Source of the DNA: Lingula anatina
Taxonomy: Eukaryota; Animalia; Brachiopoda
NCBI GenBank assembly: GCA_051362555.1
Contig: CM120644.1
Location: 21,970,534-22,034,533, forward strand
DNA length: 64,000 bases
Direction of reading: 5' to 3'
A program made the position numbers and the translations under genes. This document shows positions 26,515 to 38,300 of this stretch, in pieces. Under the pieces are notes generated by a model that was not told where the DNA came from, ran no database searches, and saw only the letters and a list, made by a program, of their open reading frames with translations. Numbering within the stretch: position 1 is the stretch's first letter; each line of letters starts with the position of its first letter.

Positions 26515-26851
26515 AGGGATAATAACTCTTCGTTTCGGCCAAAAAATGAATTTTCCTGGAGTAAACAACAATTTTCCCATACTAACCAATGGTTAATGAA
26601 TCCATTTTTACATTCGAAGTTAGTCCCTGGTTTTTTTCTAAAAAGTTTGGTTTTTTCTTAAAATCTCTTAAGAGATTTTAACAGAGTACAGCCATCAATG
26701 GCGGTCACGTGGTCTAAAGACGAGCTCAGATATCAGAATAATAGCTATAACTGCCGTTTTTGTGGTAAAACAGAATATATTATATTTCTATGAGTTATTC
26801 ACAATGTTTTTATTGTGAAATATAGATCTCATACGAAGAGTTATTATCCCT
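26515..26851 (-). mobile_element. Kolobok-like MITE, copy 2 (inverted relative to copy 1)
   Basis: TTAA-AGGGATAATAACTCTTCG...CGAAGAGTTATTATCCCT-TTAA; TTAA target duplication with purine-purine termini. Confidence 0.88.
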
Positions 26852-29800
26852 TTAATGTTTCACTAAAACTTGACAAGCAATATGATGAACTCTTTTGTAA
26901 AGTGTAAAACTTTCTTCGTGACTGTTAACCAGTGCTCTCAGGCTACAAAGTCTACGCACCCTAGTGATATAAGCTAATGCTCGATTGCAATTCACATGAA
27001 TATGAGATTTTTCTAAACGTATATGCCCTCACACAGAGGCAAATTATGCAAATGTAAAAAATTGGTGTCACGCAATTCAACGTTATTCAGTCAGACTACA
27101 TCATTAGGATCGTGTTCACCGCAATCTTTATCAACAAAGTTTGCATCCAGTCATCCGTGCGTTTCACAATACATCCCGTTGTTTGTAGATGACATATTAC
27201 TCTGCTCGTACGGTAAAATCACGTCATGTGATCTTATCTTCAAGCCAGAGCCTTCGGAAAATAAAGTGCCGTTGCACTTGGCTAATACGCTTGATACATC
27301 TGCGGTTACACACGCTTATCAAAGTCCAACTCGGTTCATTTAAGTTTACTAACAATTTTGGGGACGCAAGTTAGATGCGTATTGATTCTTAGATGTACAA
27401 AAAAGTACCGATGTACTGTATTTGCCTAAGGCCTCAAAGGTATGTCTTCAAAGGAGTTTATCCAAATTTGCACTGATTAAAGATCTAGAGCAGAATTTGC
27501 GCTGATTAGGGATCTCGAGCAAAACGAGGTTATCACTATGTAGTGATGTAAGTCAACCGACATGTCAAGCCAAATGTGTGTACAAATTATAATAACACCA
27601 GCCATTGGATAGCTGATTCTCTTTTTTATGTTTTACACCGTGAATGAAATAGCAAATGAAGGAAAACTAGAAGAAAAAAATTAACGAGACCAATTTAAAA
27701 TTTCTCGTTAATTTTGGCACAAACGTGTCGAATACTACGACCTCAGCCAGAGCACTACCCGGAGCACAGGGAGTTACGATCTAGCGCGAACTAAACGCCT
27801 TTTACAAGAAGATGCCTTAAATAATAAAAAAAACGTTCATAATTATCTGAATTCAGGGATAGAACCAATCTATTGCAGTGTGCCAATGACGTAAGACGTG
27901 TTTATAAACCTATCTCTGGCGCGGATATTATTCTTGTTGATGCGGTAGGTGGGATAGTAGTTCACAGTTTTATTACGCAGGGATAGACTGAAGGCGTTAT
28001 ATACGCAAAGAAATTAGTTTGGAGATGAGCTATTAAATTGAGTGCGAAATGGAAAACTTCATACATTCCTGTGTGTACGTGTATACAGAGATAACGTATC
28101 TATATTTTGAAATATTGTTTTGATATATCATTCATAAATGCAGATTATTAAAAAAACTACTTTAATTAATGATTTACATATATCACACACATTTATCATC
28201 ACAAAATATTTATTGACAACCACAAAGCACTGATACGAGCCATTCATTCATCTGACACAGCGCCCTTACAGCGTGGTGGTGTTACATATATTGAACCCGA
28301 CGAATTTTGGCACCGTTCTCTTTAAAAGACGCGCAGTCTACGTGAACAGATAACGATATTAGGGACGCTGCGTGTGGTAGAAGACGTAAAATGGCATCTC
28401 TGTCACGCACCCGACAAATGGTAATCACTATCTTCGTGCAAGGGGGCGGCGTCTTCTTGCGGGTGCAGCGGACGCAGGTCTGTCACATTAGAAGCATAGT
28501 GCAACAGCAAAGTGCAGGGGGCCTTTAAAAAAACTTGAGAGCACGTAAAAACGCGCTCATACGCAGAAGAAGACCTTATCCTGCTTGGGTGTTGAATGCG
28601 TCACTGGCAGACGACGTAAGACTGTGTAATGTTATAAGTTGTGATTCAGTTGTCTCCGTCCAATGGAGATCCATCAACTCGCTTTTTTTCCCACTAGTTT
28701 AGTATGACTAACGAATGCTGATTAACTAGTGGGCCGGCTAATTATCCGCATTACCTTATTGCTGGGATTCCAACTCTCAAAGCAATTAACGGGAAAGTGA
28801 CCGCGTATCTGATAACAATTGTCCTGCAATTGTTTCCTAGAGACGGAACAAGGTTTGTCGTCAGCAACAAAGTGAGCAAGAACTCCATGCGTGTGCGGCA
28901 ATATTCAATATTACTGTTTAGCTGCAACTTGAAGAAAACCGGGGCAACAAGTAGGTGAGAATTATTCCGACAACCTGGGAAGGCATTACTGTGCCATTGT
29001 TTTTCTCGCTGCTGGACACTGTGCAACTAGCAAATTTAGGCGACTTAGTGTAATTTATTGCATACGTAAATTTCGGATAGACGGAGACGATTCAGTGAAA
29101 GATCTCATAAGACTGGAGACATGAACCGGGACAATAATCCTCGACAGAAACTGATCAGCTCTGAGGCAGCTTCCAGTGGCGGTGACTATCTATTTTGGTG
29201 ATCCTCACATCAATTAAAAGAAGTCAACCGTGGTGGTAGCACAGACAAGACTGTAAGGCCGCGTCCTTGATGTTTCAGCCGCTGGCTCCATGGTGTTGCC
29301 GTGAACTACTGTCACTGTTCCTGACTGCCGTCACCTTTAACACCACTTTCACCTCGAGTCACGATAGCTGGTTTCTTTAATCAATTTGTCTCGGTATATT
29401 ATTACGAATGTGTGAGTGGGGAGACTTAATAAATTTCAGCTGAAGGAACAGCACACGCTATGGTTGTCTCCGAACTTGAAGTGATCACACACATGATCAG
29501 CGGTCCTAGAACGTGACGGGAGATGGTCATCCGTGTCACACAATGAACGCTGAATGAGGACAGAATGAACGCTGATGTAAGTTTTTAAGTGTCTTGAAGG
29601 GCATTTTCTGGGAGGGGGGGTGGGGTGGGGATAAGGGTGCAAGGGCTCAATGTCTCGTGATTTTGGGGTGTGTGTGTGCACCGGAGTGTGTGTGTGTCAG
29701 GGGCGGATTTTCTGGGTCTTTCGGAAGACGGTCAGATTTTCAAGTTTACATTGATGGGTATCTAATTTTTTCTGTCGGAAGACGGTCAAAAATGAAGGAT

Positions 29801-30154
29801 GAATCAACAAAGATAATTTGGAAGACTGTCAGAAAATATCTTTGGGTCCGCCCCTGTGTGTGGGGAGGGGGGTGGGCTGGGGCGAGTTATGGTGGAGATG
29901 AGACATTTAACGTGCGTGTATTTTGTTTGTGTGTGCGTGCGTGTTTGTGTGTACGTTAGTGTTAGTGCATGTGTGCGTGTGTATGTATGTATGCACAGGT
30001 ACATGTGGGGGTGCGTGTACCTCAGTGACTGTGTGATGTTCGTAATCTAGACTCAATGAGAGGCTTAAAGCACTGATCTTATTCTCAAAGGCACAGGGCC
30101 ACAAAGTCATTACGTTATTAACCGCTAGACAATGTTTCTTTGGTCTAATTGGAA

Positions 30155-30290
30155 CCGAAGACCGCTTCCTATTACTTTATACAGGTGACATTGGTCCATA
30201 TACTAACCCCAATACTCCAACTAACCCTAAGCTGTAGTAATCATATGGGAGCCCGGACTTCCATTTCTAGGACCTCCATTCCTGCTACAC
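30155..30290 (-). repeat. Interspersed repeat fragment, inverted homologue of 49175-49320
   Basis: ttcctattactttatacaggtgacat...taaccccaatactccaactaaccctaa...ggacttccatttctagg matches the reverse complement of the 49.2 kb segment. Confidence 0.7.
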
Positions 30291-30304
30291 CAAGATGTTA
30301 AATC

Positions 30305-30502
30305 GAGTCTAATTCCCATAGATTTTAGATCGATCTATCCCCGCGGGAGGTCTCACTAGATTACTTTCAGATAATCCGACTTAAATGTCCGTTCCGCCTA
30401 CTACAAACTTTCGTGTCCGCCCGGCTGACAGCTATTTAGCGTGAACCCCCAGGGAGTTAGGTCAATCTAAAGTAGGTCGATCTAATCTATGGAAATGGGG
30501 TG
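30305..30502 (+). mobile_element. MITE family A, copy 5 (about 20-bp internal deletion)
   Basis: Same core; lacks gctgtaagggggtaatta; ends GGAAATGGGGTG-TAA. Confidence 0.85.
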
Positions 30503-31225
30503 TAACGAATGGATATTAAGTAACTGCCAGTCTGAAGTACTTTGTTCGTATATTTCTGACTCGGCGTCGCGCTCACTGATAGACCAAAACGGGAACAATT
30601 TATCTAGTTTATAATTTACTAAATCTTCTTTCTGTTTTGTTTACTTGACAAGCAAAATTGTAATCAAATCTGCCGAATCAAGGTATATATCACGGTTTTC
30701 ACACTATCGATTGCAGTGTAGCATTATTACAGTATACACTGTGTAGGTGATAGGTCGCTGACTTTTATTAAAAGATGTGCTAGAACCAATAAGGAAGATC
30801 GTTATAGCCATGTGATGTCTTTCCACAGTACGCTGATAAAATATTACGTGTATTAGAGCGTTCTTTTTGAGCGTCACTGCTGTGTGACAAAAGTAGGCTC
30901 AATAGGAGGCTTTGTTCCCCCAGTGGAGACTGCCAGGTGTAAGACATCCCGTCCCAAGATGTGGCCGGTGATTTCTGGCACAGAGAGTCACCGTAGAGAG
31001 GACATATTCCGCTGTCTAGTCTCTCCTGACTACAGCTGGTGTGGGGGGATTGCAAAGTAAGTTAAAAGTGGCTGACTTTCTGCAGGCGTGTGAATGCCCG
31101 TGTGTGTTTGCGTGCTTGTGCGAATTTGTGTGCGCCCGTGTGTATGTTTGCATTTGTGAATGTGTGCGTGTAAATTCGAACGTGAATACAGGGGTGTGGA
31201 TACATGTGTGGGTGGCGTATAATTG

Positions 31226-31265
<40 letters not shown>

Positions 31266-34200
31266 GACTGTGTAATGAATGATTTCTAAAAGTAAACGAT
31301 TTAAAGGGCAAAAGACAATCACTGCAAATCTTTAAGGCACACTTCGTGTCCCAGTCTGCGTACGGGTGGCCATGAAGTCCAGTGATTAGCCACCTCTCTC
31401 AGCTGTAATCCGGCCTGTCCACTTTGACCACCAGGTGACCAACATGGCCCTTAATACCGACCCGACGGGCACCTGTCATTGGTCAGTGTGGGAAGGTCAG
31501 CGGCGGCCATCCCCACCTGAATAGCCAATGGTCAGTACTCTTGTTAAGTGCGATTAGTAATGACTTGGGGTTGAAGTTATTTGAGACACAGTGTAAAGGA
31601 AGACCCCAATTAAGACTGAGCCGAGGACTTACCCCTGTCTACTGTGTCCAGTCACAAGGGTCCACTGTGAGTTTGGCCACTGTTCTGACCGTCTCCACAC
31701 CTGCTCGGACGCTCAAGGAAACCGTCCAGCCTCATTTCTTGGTAATCTCCCTTCACATCGTATATAAGGTGGGCCTATGATATCGCCGGATTCCCTGCCT
31801 GTCACCCTGGACTGTGCTAGATAAGAGACCAGTTGAAGGTAAACAGAGATTAGGATTAAGATAAATTATTTGTTGATGTATTGCTCTGGTTAGGGACTTT
31901 AAATGTGTTAATACTCAATGTGTCTGCGAGGAGTCCGAGGGAGCTGGACAGGCCGGACAGTGGGTGGTCAGGTAGGTCAGTGGACAGAGTGTACCGTATG
32001 ACCCTACTGCGAATATCATGATGTCGAAAACCTGGAGAGAGAAATGGGGTTTGATTTAAGGTTGAACTTATTGGGTTAATTATGGCCGCTCACAGCACTA
32101 CAGTGTGTGGTTATTCGTGAAGTGAGACGTAGCAAGTTTATTTCTGTGTTCCAAGCCACTCATAATACTCCGGAGTTAACATCCATATGCCGTTGTCTGA
32201 ATACAAAGGAGGTGTACGTCGGTGTGTGAGTAACCCCCCCCCCCCCCTCTACACACACACACGCGCGCAAACACACACACACACACACACACTACTTCTA
32301 TCCCCATATTTCTCTTTTTCCACCCGGGATGGGGGTCGGTGGGGGGGGGGGGGGTACACAGGGGTGCTACAGTCAGGGACAGATCGGGCGATATATATAT
32401 ATATATCGTAGCATAACGTGAATAGAAATCACCCTGTGTTTCATATGTTAGCTTTTCCGTCGTCTGTCCACGCGATAGAAGAAAGAAGAAACTCTTACGT
32501 CCCACGTGCACCTTATACTTAATGTGATGAAGAGACGCTAGCTCAGAATCCTTAATTTAATCAAGGACGCTGTGGTGGGGATAAACGCTTTTATACTTTG
32601 TTGAAATTATCTGATATTAGCCAGGGTGAGGATTCTGTCTGAAGTTACCTATAAATTTTTAATGAACTGAAGTTTTGTTGAAATAAAATCTCTTAGTGTG
32701 GATAAATTAAGACGCTTTTAAAAGTCGCAGAAAAAGTTTTAAAATCATGAACTTTAAAAAAGGGAAATCTCAACTCCCTAAACACATTATACACGACAGA
32801 ACGGAAGCATGGCTTAGCAGTCTCCAGGAAACATCCTCTGTGTCTCTTGGGATAGTTTAAGTGTTCTAAATTTATCACAATACTTCGTAGCCTATAGTTT
32901 GCCTCTGAACATTATCTCCGTTAATTATGACTAAGGAAGACTTAAGTCAACCACTAAAATTTGATTTTGTTATAATTGTTATATTTGCAGATAAATTCAT
33001 AACGAAGAGGGGAAGGGGACCTCCTTTTAAAAGTCAGTCAAGTCACATCTAATATACATGTTCGTCCGATGTCGAGGCTGGCGTGAGGAGGGCATCCACT
33101 TGGAGAGAACCCAGAAAGCCGGATACAAGTTGTGGCATGTAACAAGGTGAGTCTTTGAAAAAATTGGTTAAATTGGATTTTAAGATGGGGTAATCAGCGT
33201 GATCAGCCTTCTTGGCCGTCATTTATATCATTTTTTCTTTGTCATCATATTTTATTCTGCTATTTAGCGCTCTTTTTCGTAAATTTATTCATTGTTTTAG
33301 TTTGTAGAATTATATATTAATTTGTACGTTCGTGTTGTTATTATAACTCCCCTCCTTTCACTTCCTTCACGTGAAGGGGAAAACAACCAGTCTCACATCA
33401 CCAACATAACTTAACGATGACCAAGGGTCAGATGGCAATCTGGACCATTATGTCCCCCCTTGATAAAATGACCAGTCCCTGTAATTATGCGATGACATGA
33501 GTTAACGCCGTGGTATTGTAGTGGCCGTGGTCAAAGGTCCGGTCACCGCCACAGGTAACTTATACATATGTAATAAGGAGTTACGTTATAGTTAATGTGT
33601 ATGCTGATAACCAGAGATTTCCACGCTAGATTCTTGTATTGTTGTTTTCGTTAGCTAAATTATTTTTAACCTTAGGGCCCACTGAACAAATGAGAAAGAT
33701 AAATGCTAATTGCAATACGCTACTTAGCAACTGGTTTGGCTGGATGGCAAGCTTTCACACCTAATGTATTTTATTTTCTCTGTAGACATTCTTTCTTTCT
33801 TCATTTATCTCTCCCACTCTCTCAGTTTGTTTTAACCAGTGTTTTTCCTGTAGAAGACAGATGTTAATTAGTGTACGGGGAAGACTTGTCTGGTTTTAAT
33901 GAGCATACAAGTTGTGTCTGGCCAGGATATTAATGGTGTTTTTGGTGGATTTCTTCATCACTGGAAAGGAAACTATTCTGTAAACAAAATGTCAGTCAGT
34001 GTCACTGTAGGAAAAAAAAAAAGAAAAAAAAGAAAGAAAGCGCTCTCTGCAAAGTCTATCTCAGCTTTCGTTTAGATCGGTTGAAATTAAAATTCCAACA
34101 TGACATCAGTAAGGTCAAGGTTGAGCCTAAAGAACTTCTATCAGTTCGGTGTTATTGTTGTTGTTATTGTTGTTTTATTTTTGATAAAATGGGATATATT

Positions 34201-34998
34201 GCACAACAGAGAAAAAAAGAAAGAGAAACAGTCGGTGTATTAATCAATTGTAAAAACAGAGTTTAGTATAAGTAAATTGAAAGATGGATAAATAAATAAA
34301 ACCATGAGAGTGTACCCCTTGTAACGGACATATTTTACATTTAATGAACTGGGCGCAGAATGAATTAAATATCTTTAACTAATTCGTAAAGATAAATAGA
34401 TGATGATTCACAAAACTGATATAACTGTATAAACAGCCCCGTAGATGAAGGAAAAGTACATATGTAAAGTCTTTAACAAAAGCCTATAATGTTACCGAAA
34501 TGGCAGTGTTCACTTCAATAATTAGGTCATTGATTTGTCAAGGTGATTGATCTGCGTTCACTACTCCGTAGCTCGCTGTTTTCACGCCAGTTCTTTTCTT
34601 ATAACCTGTAACATTACTGCCTTTAGGTTATTCTTTATGACGGATCTCGTATTATTAAGATATCTTGTTTCTTTCCAGTCTGTATGAATCTGGGATTTGT
34701 AGTCGACAAAGTAGTATTTTGTAAGGCAGGGCTTAACAGCAAGTTATATAGTGCTCTTATGGTCTAATCATCCACGCGCCGGCACACACGCCGCCACCCC
34801 CCCCCTCCCCCCTGCAAACCTGATGCATGTCGCCCTAACCGACTATAATTCATAAAGTTCAAGTTGTAACATTTATTTGTCGCGCACAATGTTGTTACAG
34901 TGAAGGGTAACATGCTCTATGTGCAGAAAATAGCCCCAGACAGACGCTTCTGTGCAGCCAACCAATGCAGTGAGCGATGCATGCAGCATTGTCCCTTA

Positions 34999-35407
34999 AG
35001 CCCCCTTTACACTGGACGGCTTCTTTTCTGCGTCATGTAGTACGGCCCGTTTTAGGGTGTATTCCCAGAGATTTCGATCGACCTAACTCCCTGGGGGTTC
35101 AAGCTAAATTGCAGTCAGCCGAGCGCGCACCATAGTTAATTACCCCCTTACAGCTTTCAGGAGGCGGGACAGACGCTTAAGCCGGCTAAGCTGACAGTAA
35201 TCTAGTGAGACTCCCCACAGGGATAGATCGATCTAAAATCTATGGAAATGGGGTCTTAGAGTAATAAAAATCTTCACGTGCCGACAACTGGTCGATTATT
35301 GAGCATACATTTCGCAACCAAAACGATGCTTGTGCCTCCTTTCTACGACCACAGCGATGACAGTTTCATGGTCGCACAAAGGACGTAGAAAGGACGCCGT
35401 CTAGTGG
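34999..35407. mobile_element. Deleted Harbinger-like element with nested MITE
   Basis: Left end CCCCCTTTACACTGGACGGC and right end AAAGGACGCCGTCTAGTG match the TIRs of 35757-36897; interrupted by the MITE at 35055-35255. Confidence 0.7.
35055..35255 (-). mobile_element. MITE family A, subfamily B copy
   Basis: TTA-GGGTGTATTCCCAGAG...ATGGAAATGGGGTC-TTA; internal region in reverse orientation relative to the 25620 copy. Confidence 0.9.
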
Positions 35408-35559
35408 ATAATATATCCACACGATGGGGCTGCCAGGTCTCATTGGACGGGTTATATATTATATCATTTCGTACACATGTTACGGAGAAAATCTGTATTC
35501 TCACGAGGTCCTGGGAACGATCTCAGTGACGGCAACTGCGACTCAGCAGGTGTGATGTG

Positions 35560-35594
<35 letters not shown>

Positions 35595-35756
35595 CTGTAT
35601 GGGTGTGAGACGATTTCCATTTCTATCGCGACATGCCTGAAACAAAGTAAATGCCCAGGTGACATTTCTTGCACGCACCGTCTTGGTTACATCTAACAAT
35701 GTCTGCGTTATTTGAGCTGTAACACAGCCCCGCTTAACGTGATGGAGACGAGCTAA

Positions 35757-36897
35757 AACCCCCTTTACACTGGACGGCGTCCTTTCTGCGTCCTTTGTGC
35801 GACCATGAAACTGGCCAGAACGCCGTCGGACGCTCAAAGAACGCACAGTGATTGCTAAGGTCGCACAAAGAACGTTCAAGCATCGCCGAGGACGCCATGG
35901 ACGCCGCGAAGTTTTGAGCATGTTCAAAACAATCGCAGAGAGAACGCGATGGAGGATGGTCGCTCAATGGACGCAGAAAGGACGCACAAGCATCGCCGTA
36001 ATCGCAGAGAGGACGCACCAGCATCGCCGCGGTCGTAGAAAGGAGGCACAAGCATCGCTTTGGTTGCAGAATGAAAACTCAAAGATCGTCCAGTGTTCGG
36101 CACGTTAAACATTATTTTTTTAAATGTCAAACGGGGCCGTGCTGAGGTATTTTTCACCAGACAGGGATTCTAAGGGCAACAGTGGTCTCATATCAGCCTC
36201 CGATTGTTTTTTCCCCTAAAATTCATGAAACGATCCATTTTTTTTTTGAGGTTATTATAAAACGAATATTTTGCCTTTTTTTACAAGATGCATTAATTGT
36301 CAGAACTTTTTGCAGAATGCGTCATTTGAAAACGGATTCAAATATTTTATGTTGTGTCAGTCGCACTTTCTCGTTTTCGGCGCCTGTCCTTCCTTCTTAT
36401 AAGGATAACAATGAGCATCTGGCCGATAATCAGTCCATACAGACCTTGCATCACTATAGTTTAAAGCATTTATTGCCATTTATTTGTTTTGTGTGCTGGA
36501 AATGTTCTTTATTAGATGACCTGGTTAGAACCGATGAAAAATATGAGTTAGAATATAGAGAAGGACGCCCAAACAACGCTCATCGGTCAAGCAGGATGCA
36601 GAATGATCGTAGAATAGACGCCACTGATCGCCGATGAAGGTACAAGAATGCTCAATGGTCGCTCAAACATCGCAATGGACGCCTTGTTTTGCAGAGAGGA
36701 CGTACAGTGGAGGCAGGCAGATTGCTCGCAGTTTTACAGGTAAAATCAAGATTCGGTCGTTCAAAGGACGCACAAGGTACGCAGACGCCTTTACACTGAG
36801 ACACGATTTAATTGCTTTGGCGACCGTTGAGCGTCCTGGTCACATTTTTGAACGCAGAAGGGACGCAGAAAGGACGCCGTCCAGTGTAAAGGGGCCC
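35757..36897. mobile_element. 1.14 kb non-autonomous PIF/Harbinger-like DNA transposon
   Basis: About 30-bp TIR CCCCTTTACACTGGACGGCGTCCTTTCTGCGTCC / GGACGCAGAAAGGACGCCGTCCAGTGTAAAGGGG. Flanks TAA and TTA. Subterminal arrays of GGACGC/TCGC motifs; AT-rich centre without a transposase ORF. Confidence 0.85.
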
Positions 36898-38060
36898 TTA
36901 GGAAAGAGAATGTGACGATATCATTTTTATTAAGCCCTGTCTTCTCTGTCTTCTCCATCCGCGATATCTGTGATTATTGTGTACGTGTAAATGGGTCATT
37001 TCAAGTATAACAGCTATTTTTTCATAATTTTACCTACCATATTTTTCATAATTTTACCTATCAGAACTTTTGTAGAAAATCCTGAAATATCTTACTTATT
37101 ACAATAAAATTTTCACTTTCCTGTAAAGCTTTATGTAAATGCAAAAATGATCAATTCATCTCCAACAGGGGAAAATTTATAGCTGAAAATAAAGCCAAAA
37201 ATGTCAGGCCTGTATAACGCTATTAAAGATAGAAAGCCACACCTATTAAAAGCCTAGAAAACCGCAAAATTAAAATCATTGTTACACTTATTTTTTATTA
37301 ATATCATTATATTTTTACTTATATGAACCAATGTGTCCACCATGAAGAATTTAAATTATCACTGTAAAATCAATTTCTAATGGCATTAAATTTTGGGTTT
37401 AGAGAAAAAAGCCATTATGTGTTAAATGGTCTAAATACAAGTTTTTTTTTTGTGCAGTGATTTATCTAGGTCAGGGGCGTATCTAGCTTATCGATCTATG
37501 AAGGTCACATATCAATCACAATCATTGATCACTGCGACCGTCTGCATAAAGATATAAACATTAATGTGCACACCCATCATCAAAATTACAAAATAACATA
37601 AGACATTGAAAAAAGTTAGTGTATATATCTAGTGACTTTTCGACTAGGCGAGAGAATCGTAATAATAAACTATATTGCTATTTGGGCGGTTGAATTTGGT
37701 TTTGTTTTTCTTTTTTCTTTTTTAGTTCTGATATCCTGTTTTATTATTGTGATCTTAGTCTAATTTATTTAAATTATTCTACCTATATCATCTACGTATA
37801 AACTGTTGTTCTTAATAATTGATCAGAAATACACGCAATCAGGCCAACAGATTTCCTTTACTTCTCCTTTTTTCGATATTAATGTTACAGTACTATTCTC
37901 CCCCCCCCTCCTGCAAGAAAAAGACAGCAAGAAAAGCTTCCTTCTAACCACAAACTTTTTTTGCAGGGTAAATTCTAGTGCATAAAATCATCCAGATAAA
38001 TCTTGATTTCAATTTTCTTACGTAAACAAATGTCGTCACGCATTGTAGGCTGTGATTCGT

Positions 38061-38300
38061 TCAAACCTTTTAGGGTAAAGAATCTGAAGCAGCGTATATC
38101 AGGTGTCTAAAAATAATGAAGTCATATTGCGTGCTACGTGCAATTCCTCGCTGTAAACAGTTGCAAAATACTCTCGAATGTCATTTTCTCACGCGTCAAA
38201 ATTTTCTCACGTACTGCAGGCTCCGATACTTTAAACCCTTTTTTGGGTAAAGAATCTGAAGTCTAGAATTGCGGGTGTCTGAAAGCCGAAGTCACATGGC
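38061..38300. repeat. Diverged direct repeat (about 70 bp, 170 bp period)
   Basis: aaacc(c)tttt..gggtaaagaatctgaag...ggtgtct...gaagtca at about 38063 and 38233. Confidence 0.65.

Noticed and set aside
29594-32511. Multiple Cys/Val- or His/Thr-rich short ORFs
   Set aside because: Translations of (TG)n/(CA)n low-complexity tracts.
35523-36915. Cluster of 77-151 aa ORFs
   Set aside because: They lie in the repetitive subterminal arrays of a non-autonomous transposon and show no transposase motifs.
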